In this document: positions 1 through 6,927 of the stretch, in pieces
Layout: each line of letters begins with the position of its first letter
Position numbering within the stretch: position 1 is the first letter of the stretch
DNA from: a virus
Taxonomy: Duplodnaviria; Caudoviricetes
Strand: one strand, 5' to 3'
DNA: 43,947 nucleotides
Virus record (IMG/VR): IMGVR_UViG_3300035494_000043
Location: 1 to 43,947 of that record
The notes under the pieces: generated by a model
Seen by the model: the letters and a program-made list of their open reading frames with translations, nothing else
Databases searched by the model: none
Told to the model about the DNA's origin: nothing
Made by a program: the position numbers and the translations under genes

Positions 1-244
1 TGAAAATTCCAGGCTGACACTGATCCACAGAGTGCGTGTGTCATAGAGTTTGAAAACATGAGAGTTTGAAAACATGAGAGTTTGAAAACATGAGAGTTTG
101 AAAACATGAGAGTTTGAAAACATGAGAGTTTGAAAACATGAGAGTTTGAAAACATACGAAATTGAAAGTAATCCCACAGATTTAGAAAGTAAGGGAAATT
201 GAAATTATGTCATATGTCTGCTAATGTCCATATACGCAAAATAA
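1..244. repeat. Left copy of terminal direct repeat / circular overlap
   Basis: Matches 43720-43947 except for one extra 16-bp unit and two substitutions. Confidence 0.95.
45..155. repeat. Tandem array, 7 x AGAGTTTGAAAACATG (16 bp)
   Basis: Units start at 45,61,77,93,109,125,141; no spacers; degenerate TTGAAAGTAA-like motifs follow. Confidence 0.97.
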
Positions 245-251
245 CAGAAAT

Positions 252-280
252 AAAAAAGGTAGAGGAACAATACCCCTACC
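252..280 (-). terminator. Rho-independent terminator
   Basis: Stem 258-265/273-280 (one G-U on minus strand) followed by U6 on minus strand. Confidence 0.7.
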
Positions 281-339
281 GATTACTTATAAGTTTCTAA
301 TCGTCCAATATTGGGCAGTTTCGACTAAAATAATCGACT

Positions 340-648
340 TTAACCCCTTTTGAATAAATTGGTCTTTACAAAATCACCCATAGTATCTAAAGGTAATCTA
401 AAATCCATACACCATGGCATATCTGGACGCTCTTGCAGGAACTCCACTTTAGTTGGCATATGTCCTTTTCTGAGTATCCTTCTCATGATCGTTGCGTTAT
501 TGGTGTAAACCCATATCTCAGGTTTGTATCCACCATAATCACCGTAGTTGATGTTGATGGTAACTTCTTGCTCTTCTGCTTGTGCCACTTGCTTTAGATC
601 ATTGATGGCAACCCCACGTGTCATTTCCAATAACTTCTTTTCATTCAT
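340..648 (-). CDS. Hypothetical phage protein
   Basis: ORF; start moved to ATG 648 behind GGGAGG RBS; own sigmaA promoter. Confidence 0.75.
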   Translation of the reverse strand: MNEKKLLEMTRGVAINDLKQVAQAEEQEVTININYGDYGGYKPEIWVYTNNATIMRRILRKGHMPTKVEFLQERPDMPWCMDFRLPLDTMGDFVKTNLFKRG

Positions 649-677
649 TTCCAATACCTCCCTTTGTTTATAGTATA

Positions 678-706
678 AGTATACCATAACTAGGGATAAT
701 TGTCAA
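678..706 (-). promoter_or_regulatory. sigmaA-type promoter
   Basis: TTGACA-17-TATACT with TG extension. Confidence 0.8.
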
Positions 707-737
707 TCGAAAATAAAAAAAAAAAAAGATGAAGATT

Positions 738-1277
738 TTACTCTCCATCCTTTGATAGTCCTAACTGCTTTACTCTTTCTGCTACGTCTTCGCTTGTAGT
801 GTTGGTAACTTCAATTGTGGACTTGTCTTCATACCCATGTTTGGACTTTAGCATGAACATATTGAATGTAGGATATTTCTCACCACGATTTACATATTGG
901 TTTTCTATGAGATAGTTTGCCCACCTAATCGTGGCCGAAATGTCCCCATATACTTCTTCTTTCTTTCCCCAATCATAGTATTGTGAACTACTAACACCTA
1001 TATACATTTGTATAGCACTTTTAGTTGGTTTTAGACTTCGCTCTTCACAGAACTCAAAGTAACCTAACACTGCTTTGTGTAGTTCTTCTGCTGTCCATGC
1101 TGACTTACGTGGTTCCTTTAGGTGTTCTCCGGTGATTTTGTATAGGTCAATCAGACCACTCATAATCTCATCTGCACCTTCTTGTTTGTCACGCTTGATC
1201 CGTTCTTCTGTAAGATTTTCTGGACCTGCCATATCTGGTCTTGTATGAATATCCTTTACTTTCCTTTTTCTAGGCAT
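738..1277 (-). CDS. terS: Terminase small subunit (gp3 DNA-packaging family)
   Basis: YFEFCEE..KPTKSAIQMYIGVS..YYDW..FMLKSKHGYED pattern resembles gp3-type TerS; AAAGGAGG RBS before ATG 1277. Confidence 0.7.
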   Translation of the reverse strand: MPRKRKVKDIHTRPDMAGPENLTEERIKRDKQEGADEIMSGLIDLYKITGEHLKEPRKSAWTAEELHKAVLGYFEFCEERSLKPTKSAIQMYIGVSSSQYYDWGKKEEVYGDISATIRWANYLIENQYVNRGEKYPTFNMFMLKSKHGYEDKSTIEVTNTTSEDVAERVKQLGLSKDGE

Positions 1278-1315
1278 AACCGCACCTCCTTTGACAAGTT
1301 TACCCATCTATATTT

Positions 1316-1345
1316 ATTATATCCATTTTGATGGTAAAATATAAG
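1316..1345 (-). promoter_or_regulatory. Candidate late promoter (CTTATAT-17-TATAAT class)
   Basis: Same architecture as 36191-36220 and 40277-40306. Confidence 0.6.
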
Positions 1346-1355
1346 TGGGAAGTGA

Positions 1356-1702
1356 AAACCACAGAAGCCACAGAAAAGCTACGCTTTAAAACACCATCTG
1401 TAACTTTGATGAGCCTTGGGGTTCAATGGGTTTGATTGTTTGAGCTACAGAAACTACGCTTTTTTCCTATTCTTTATATATTTCTTCTTCTCTATTCTAC
1501 TTTTTTTTTTTAGAAAAATTAGTAATATTAGTAATAATTATAGAGATATCCCTTGGGACTCAACGGAATCCAGAGCCACAGAAGGGTTTTCAAACTCGTA
1601 ATTCACTTTTTTAACAATCTGGGTAAAAGTCTTGGGGCACAATGGATTACATAAATTACAGAAAACCACAGAAAGCTACAGAAGCTACGACTTTTTTGTA
1701 GT
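1356..1702. repeat. Iteron-rich ori-like region A
   Basis: Many (C/T)(C/T)ACAGA and CTACG repeats in both orientations around an AT-rich core; homologous to 20630-20895. Confidence 0.6.
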
Positions 1703-1835
1703 TTATGAATGAAGGACACAGTTCGTTCACAGTTTAGAAACAGTATTTAGGGTGTAATTTAACCCCAACCGCCAACTTGTAATTTGGATTTAGGTTGTTT
1801 GTTAGGGTTTTCACACTATCACTTATATATGGTTT

Positions 1836-2123
1836 CTATACTTGATTGCCCCAACTATCCCACCCAATCAACTCTCCCTTTGTGGACAACGCTCGATCAA
1901 GTTCGTCTTCCGTCATATCTGGAATGGATTCGATTTCTTCTTCATCACACACTAGGATACCCATATAATATGCTAGATATAATTCTTTGTATCTTCTGTC
2001 CACACCTTGGATTTGGGTTTCCAATACATTTTTGATCGCCTCGACTGCTCTCTTATCTTCTTCTGTAAGGAAATTGAAACTTAATAATAGTTCAATTTCA
2101 TATAATGCTTCTTGTAAACTCAT
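1836..2123 (-). CDS. Hypothetical protein
   Basis: ORF with AAGGAG RBS, in operon. Confidence 0.75.
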   Translation of the reverse strand: MSLQEALYEIELLLSFNFLTEEDKRAVEAIKNVLETQIQGVDRRYKELYLAYYMGILVCDEEEIESIPDMTEDELDRALSTKGELIGWDSWGNQV

Positions 2124-2137
2124 TTCTACACTCCTTT

Positions 2138-2329
2138 TTAATTAGATTCAAATTTACCCAAAAACAGCTCTACCATAATATTTTGGATTCTGGAATACAC
2201 TTCATACTTTGCTCTCATTTCTTCTTCACCATCTTCTTCTGCATAACCTAATAGGATACCTAACGATACTGCACCATCAATTTCATTTTCTAGTTCTTCC
2301 CACATAGATTTGTAATCATAATTCATCAT
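2138..2329 (-). CDS. Hypothetical acidic protein
   Basis: ORF with GGAGG RBS, coupled to upstream stop. Confidence 0.75.
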   Translation of the reverse strand: MMNYDYKSMWEELENEIDGAVSLGILLGYAEEDGEEEMRAKYEVYSRIQNIMVELFLGKFESN

Positions 2330-2559
2330 ACTACCTCCAACTCAATTATTATGGCATGGTGTTCGTTTTCCCAATGATCGTATGGTCTTAGTTGTGTCCA
2401 ATACTCTTTGCCCATCCACTTCTCAGAATCCTTTTTAAAACCATTATCTATTAGAACTTCTTCACACTTTTCAATGGAAGTGTATGCTACGTCACTCACC
2501 CATTCATTGTAATCTTCGTATGCTTCACCGTTATGGTAATCTATGATATAAACTTTCAT
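2326..2559 (-). CDS. Hypothetical protein
   Basis: MKVYIIDY start at 2559, ATGA overlap with yopX-like gene. Confidence 0.75.
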   Translation of the reverse strand: MKVYIIDYHNGEAYEDYNEWVSDVAYTSIEKCEEVLIDNGFKKDSEKWMGKEYWTQLRPYDHWENEHHAIIIELEVV

Positions 2560-2918
2560 TCCTGCACCCCCTCGTGTATATTGCCGATGATTTCTACTGA
2601 GTAGTCCATCCACCGATAATGTGTGATACACTCACCAATAATCACAAATGAACCATCTTTAAAACCTACTGTTCCATTAAATGGAAGACAATGATTATAA
2701 TGATCTTTACCCTTCACCTTATCTCCCTCAAATATCCTCTTGCCGTTCTTGTCTAGAAGTCCGGTGTATTGACCTACTGTTTCGGTGTAAATCTGATACA
2801 CTTCTTGCTCTAAAATGTCTACTGTAATATAACTCATTTCTTGTGAATATCTGGTTAGACACCCTTCAACCCACTCACCATTATCAATTCGCTTACCCCT
2901 AAATAATATTTCTCTCAT
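2556..2918 (-). CDS. YopX family protein
   Basis: MREILFRGK..TVGQYTGLLDKNGKRIFEGD..EIIGNIHE signature. Confidence 0.92.
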   Translation of the reverse strand: MREILFRGKRIDNGEWVEGCLTRYSQEMSYITVDILEQEVYQIYTETVGQYTGLLDKNGKRIFEGDKVKGKDHYNHCLPFNGTVGFKDGSFVIIGECITHYRWMDYSVEIIGNIHEGVQE

Positions 2919-3139
2919 TCTTCCACCCCATCCCAATTTAATCCTTTTGTACCACCAATTTCCTTCAACTCTACTATTGGAATAATACTTGGTTTAAATA
3001 GCACTTCGCTACCCTGCATTGTGGTGAAGCTAATGGTAAGATCACCGGCAGTATGGAATAAACATCTTACTGTATCTATCGGATCATCCACTCTACATGA
3101 GAAATCACCTACCGTTATCATTGTATGTGGTTTTGTCAT
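2915..3139 (-). CDS. Hypothetical protein
   Basis: ORF with ATGA overlaps on both sides. Confidence 0.7.
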   Translation of the reverse strand: MTKPHTMITVGDFSCRVDDPIDTVRCLFHTAGDLTISFTTMQGSEVLFKPSIIPIVELKEIGGTKGLNWDGVEE

Positions 3140-3330
3140 GATATCACCTCATCTTCATAATCTATTCCGTATACAGAATTTCCCATATCTCTTAAATCAC
3201 TCACTAACTCTAATGTGTCTTCCAATAAGTCACTTGGTGGTAGTTCTGTAGCTATTCCGTGGTTTCTATCCCTAGTTAACTCTACTATGAATGTCTTTCT
3301 GTCATAGGATTGCAATACCTTCATTTTCAT
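3136..3330 (-). CDS. Hypothetical protein
   Basis: ORF with GGAGG RBS. Confidence 0.7.
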   Translation of the reverse strand: MKMKVLQSYDRKTFIVELTRDRNHGIATELPPSDLLEDTLELVSDLRDMGNSVYGIDYEDEVIS

Positions 3331-3484
3331 TTAAAATTCCTCCATCTCATCATCAGTACTTGGAACGTACACCGTGTACTCACTCATTAAGTCTAAGTTA
3401 TAATCTACCATCTACTCCAACTCCTTATCTAATCTATGGTTAAAGTATACCATGTATTGGGGCATATTTCAACCCCTTTTTTAA

Positions 3485-3661
3485 TTAATCTTCAAATGTG
3501 ATGTCATATTTCACAATGGTTATTTCAAGATCATCTTCCGGTGAAAACTCTCCTAAAGATTCTAAAACTGACTTTCTCAATAGTTCGTCTTTACTTTCTA
3601 GGATTTCTTCCTTTGACGTTGGAAGTTCCCCACCTTCTTCAATAAACTTGAATTTGAATAT
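3485..3661 (-). CDS. Small acidic protein (58 aa), apparent ATA start; not in ORF track
   Basis: Open frame (I)FKFKFIEEGG..DITFED fills the operon gap; GGAGG upstream; TAATA where TAATG coupling is expected. Confidence 0.45.
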   Translation of the reverse strand: MFKFKFIEEGGELPTSKEEILESKDELLRKSVLESLGEFSPEDDLEITIVKYDITFED

Positions 3662-4155
3662 TACTCCTCCGTTCCTTCCACAATCTGGATTAACTTTTTC
3701 AGATAGAACTCTGCTTTATTTAGGTCTTCTAGTGCATTAAACTTGTCTCTATACCGTGTTACATACCTGATGATGTGTCCGAATAGAACCGCTTCTTCTG
3801 GTGGTAAGTCATTTGCCTTAGCTAGAATGAAGTCTAGTGTTTCAATTCCACCCTTCGTGTAGTGCTTTGGATGATTTACCATATCTTCCTCTAGTTCGCC
3901 TTCACATGCGTTAAACTCTATGAACTTACATTCACTATACACATCTTCTATTTGATAGAATCTAAGTGAGCAGTACATCATAAGACCCTTCCCATCAATG
4001 TGGAACGCAAGATCATCATATTCTGCCCATGGATTATATTTTGTAGGTTTCTTGCCACTAGGCCACATAATTCCATCTGCTTCTGCTATTTCTAAGAACT
4101 TTTCCACATCTTCTTTTTTTACTGAGTAGACTGCGTTTCTTTCCAATTCATTCAC
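3661..4155 (-). CDS. DUF3310 (SaV-like) domain protein
   Basis: C-terminal DMVNHPKHYTKGGIETLDFI..IRYVTRYRDK..LEDLNKAEFYL. Confidence 0.85.
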   Translation of the reverse strand: MNELERNAVYSVKKEDVEKFLEIAEADGIMWPSGKKPTKYNPWAEYDDLAFHIDGKGLMMYCSLRFYQIEDVYSECKFIEFNACEGELEEDMVNHPKHYTKGGIETLDFILAKANDLPPEEAVLFGHIIRYVTRYRDKFNALEDLNKAEFYLKKLIQIVEGTEE

Positions 4156-4368
4156 TCCTTCAACTTTCTCCCATAGATTTCTATTTTCAAAATAACTCCA
4201 ACCGTCTCCTGAGATTGGTGGTTCTACACCGTCAACTTCAATTACCCATAATGGATTATCTTATGAACTAGTGTATTGTCCAACTACCGTTCCCATGTTT
4301 CCTTTCACGTCAAACGAATACTTTGGAATACCTACAAACTTTACACGATCACCTTTTTTAAATTTCAT
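4156..4368 (-). pseudogene. In-frame N-terminal extension (MKFKKGDRVKF..) of the DUF3310 gene, broken by one TAA at 4261-4263
   Basis: AAGGAGG RBS and ATG at 4368; 3661-4368 is 236 codons with a single internal stop. Confidence 0.55.
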
Positions 4369-4398
4369 TTTTGTTACCTCCTTGTTTACTATATTCTT

Positions 4399-4426
4399 AT
4401 TATACCACAACCACCGTCAATGTCAA
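4399..4426 (-). promoter_or_regulatory. sigmaA-type promoter
   Basis: TTGACA-16-TATAAT with TG extension. Confidence 0.75.
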
Positions 4427-4978
4427 CTACTTTTTCACGTAAATTTCAACTTTTCTTCTACCCCATTGAATTGCTTCTGACCGTGTATCCATAAATATAT
4501 CAATGATCTTCCCTTTGATTAGTCCACCGGTATCTTGTGCTTTTCTCCATCCGAATCCTTCCACGTATACATCAGAACCTAATGGAATTACATTTGGATC
4601 AACTGCTATGGTTACACCAACTTGTGGCATAACTCCGGTTGCGGTGGGATTACCGGTATGTGTGTATGCAGTCGCTTCCACTTCCATCTTGGATATCCCT
4701 TTAAATTGCTCTCTGTACGCTTCAAACTCTCTTTCAACTTCTTCTTTCTCTTGTAAGAGTACGTTGTATTGATCCTGCAAATCGAAATTTTCGCTCTGTA
4801 GTGTGTTTATGATCACTTCACGTTCTTCTATAACGCTTTCTAAGTGTTCAATGTGTGTTTCCATGACTTCATTGGATTGTTTGTACTTCTCATCTAACTT
4901 TACAAAACCTAATCCGATTGTGGCGGTAATGGCAGTCAGTAAAACCACCACACCCAATCCTTTAATCTGTTTATTCAT
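4427..4978 (-). CDS. 3D-domain cell-wall protein (N-terminal TM, coiled coil)
   Basis: VEATAYT..TATG..IAVDPNVIPLGS..AQDTGGLIKGKIIDIFM..WGRR. Confidence 0.92.
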   Translation of the reverse strand: MNKQIKGLGVVVLLTAITATIGLGFVKLDEKYKQSNEVMETHIEHLESVIEEREVIINTLQSENFDLQDQYNVLLQEKEEVEREFEAYREQFKGISKMEVEATAYTHTGNPTATGVMPQVGVTIAVDPNVIPLGSDVYVEGFGWRKAQDTGGLIKGKIIDIFMDTRSEAIQWGRRKVEIYVKK

Positions 4979-5207
4979 TATTACCTCCCTTATCTGGAAC
5001 ATATTCCAAACCTTCTTTTACATAGAACATATGTCTCTTGTCCTTGTAGAGTTCACTATATCTGTCCACATACTTCTGTAACTCTGATCTAGTAGATATA
5101 GAACCTACAAATATTTCATCTTCAAATCTACGATATTCCTCATTGAAGAAACTTAGGTAGACTAGACCGATAAATTTTAGATCATGAGTTGTTAACTTTC
5201 TATCCAT
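4971..5207 (-). CDS. Hypothetical protein
   Basis: ORF with GGAGGTG RBS. Confidence 0.7.
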   Translation of the reverse strand: MDRKLTTHDLKFIGLVYLSFFNEEYRRFEDEIFVGSISTRSELQKYVDRYSELYKDKRHMFYVKEGLEYVPDKGGNNE

Positions 5208-5332
5208 TTCACACCTCCATTAACTCCAAACACTTTATTGAGTACCTTTTTTAACTCATCAGTTTTCTTGTCCAATACAAGTGGTACGATTATGTGAAGT
5301 CCACCCACACCATTGTTATTTGTGTTTTTCAT
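5192..5332 (-). CDS. Small hypothetical protein (46 aa; not in track)
   Basis: AGGAGG RBS, ATG 5332, downstream of promoter. Confidence 0.55.
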   Translation of the reverse strand: MKNTNNNGVGGLHIIVPLVLDKKTDELKKVLNKVFGVNGGVKWIES

Positions 5333-5364
5333 AATTACCTCCTAATGTAACTTTCTACAATCTT

Positions 5365-5393
5365 ATTGTAACATAGTTACTGATATATTGCAA
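5365..5393 (-). promoter_or_regulatory. sigmaA-type promoter
   Basis: TTGCAA-17-TACAAT with TG extension. Confidence 0.6.
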
Positions 5394-5431
5394 TACATTT
5401 TTATTACATTTCAAAAGAAAAGGGATGAATT

Positions 5432-6463
5432 TTACTTCACCCCTGATGATCCTAGTCCCCCACGATTCTCATTACCTAAACTATCCACTCTTATGAAGTC
5501 TATATGACCCATAGTGGGCAGTAATCTGAACTGACATATTCTATCACCTTTACCAATCACCGTGGTTCTGGTTGCGTATACCGGCATATACCATTGGTCT
5601 TCATCTCCATTGTACTCATTGTCGATTATACCAACTCCGTTTGTCTGGATTACACCATATTTATTGAATGTGCTAGATCGTGGTACAACGTGTGCTTCAT
5701 AGCCTTTTGGAATCTCCATTGCTACCCCTAATGGGATAAGATAATAGTCACCCTTCTCTAAAGCTACATCTTCTGCTGACCGTAAATCAATCCAATCAGA
5801 TTTACTCTTAGGTGATATTTCTCCAATTTTATCTAATACTACATCTATATTCATTGGGAAATACTCTGAAAACAAGGATTTAATTTTATTAAAATCTCTG
5901 CCTGGTATTCTAAGATATCCTCCCCTAGGGTTACTGGGATGCTCATACACAAAACAATTAAAACCTAATTTTTTAATTTTTTCACAAGCTAATATTCTTT
6001 CATGCTCTGTGAATCTACCACAGGATATTTTTAAAGTTTTATCATAAACATTCCCATCATCTAAAATCCATATAGAAAGTGAGTGCTTGTTTAGATTATC
6101 AATTAAATCACTTATTGAATAATCATAATATTTATTAAAATTTTCAGTAGAAATAGTTGCAAAATACTTTTGCTCATTCCAGCTTTCTTTTTTACCAGCT
6201 TTCCAATTTATATTTTTAATCTCAGCTTTAACATAACCTTCTCTTTTTAAAAAATCATACTTCCATTTTAAATATTCAAATTGAGGTTCAGCGTGTTTGA
6301 ACACTATATAAGTGTTGTGAGTTTTAGATTTCTTCACAAATCCACCATAACCTAATTTTGAACCCACTAAGAAATCGTGTAGTTTAATTGGTTTAGATAA
6401 ATCGCCAACTGCACTTAAAGAATCATATAATCCATCAGTTAGATATTTAATCTTCACTTCCAT
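5432..6463 (-). CDS. dut: Trimeric dUTPase with in-frame LAGLIDADG-like insertion
   Basis: DWIDLRS, PRSS, GIIDNEY, GDRICQ and RGGLGSSG motifs; 343 aa versus ~145 aa expected. Confidence 0.9.
   Translation of the reverse strand: MEVKIKYLTDGLYDSLSAVGDLSKPIKLHDFLVGSKLGYGGFVKKSKTHNTYIVFKHAEPQFEYLKWKYDFLKREGYVKAEIKNINWKAGKKESWNEQKYFATISTENFNKYYDYSISDLIDNLNKHSLSIWILDDGNVYDKTLKISCGRFTEHERILACEKIKKLGFNCFVYEHPSNPRGGYLRIPGRDFNKIKSLFSEYFPMNIDVVLDKIGEISPKSKSDWIDLRSAEDVALEKGDYYLIPLGVAMEIPKGYEAHVVPRSSTFNKYGVIQTNGVGIIDNEYNGDEDQWYMPVYATRTTVIGKGDRICQFRLLPTMGHIDFIRVDSLGNENRGGLGSSGVK
5834..6427 (-). mobile_element. LAGLIDADG homing-endonuclease-like domain inserted in dut (approximate limits)
   Basis: [11 protein letters not shown] and LSIWILDDG motifs, EYLKWKY segment; visibly more AT-rich; removal restores a 145-aa dUTPase. 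Confidence 0.7.
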
Positions 6464-6917
6464 AAATGACCCCCTCCTTGATTAGAATGGTTTGTTCTGG
6501 TTCTACTACAAAATAACTATTCTTTACATAGTAGTCTAATATAGTTGCCCCAATTGGAATAGCCATGTCTTCTGCGGTGGTGAACATTTTTTCTGGAACT
6601 GATTCATCCATCTTTGTTTCCCTGATACTATATAACCCTAGTTCTTCTAGGAATTTGAAATAGGTCTTATCTAGCACGATTGCCACATATAGTCCTTTGG
6701 CAACTGCTTTCTTACAGAACTCTAACATCATTCTATACTTACCATTGAAGTCGCTAGGGTATATAATAATACCCTTGTTATCGTACTTCTTGATATCCTT
6801 TATGATTGGATAATGTGATTCTGCTTTAGGTCTACTCAGATCGAACCTGACAACTGCTCCTTGGAATGGTGCTATACCTTCAACTTCATTTGTTACACCG
6901 TTTATCTTTACTCTCAT
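6447..6917 (-). CDS. Hypothetical protein, possibly degenerate NrdG-like
   Basis: AAGGAGG RBS before MRVKING; weak resemblance to NrdG, no CxxxCxxC. Confidence 0.6.
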   Translation of the reverse strand: MRVKINGVTNEVEGIAPFQGAVVRFDLSRPKAESHYPIIKDIKKYDNKGIIIYPSDFNGKYRMMLEFCKKAVAKGLYVAIVLDKTYFKFLEELGLYSIRETKMDESVPEKMFTTAEDMAIPIGATILDYYVKNSYFVVEPEQTILIKEGVIYGSED

Positions 6918-6927
6918 ACGATCCTCC

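Noticed and set aside
45-155. 16-bp array as a CRISPR array
   Set aside because: Perfect head-to-tail units with no spacers; no cas operon
4261-4263. Genome-wide stop-codon reassignment
   Set aside because: Long genes are intact in code 11 and TAA, TAG and TGA all end genes; this is an isolated stop
5834-6427. Canonical intein or group I intron in dut
   Set aside because: No Hint blocks or HN-C/S/T junction; fully open frame with no room for a ribozyme core
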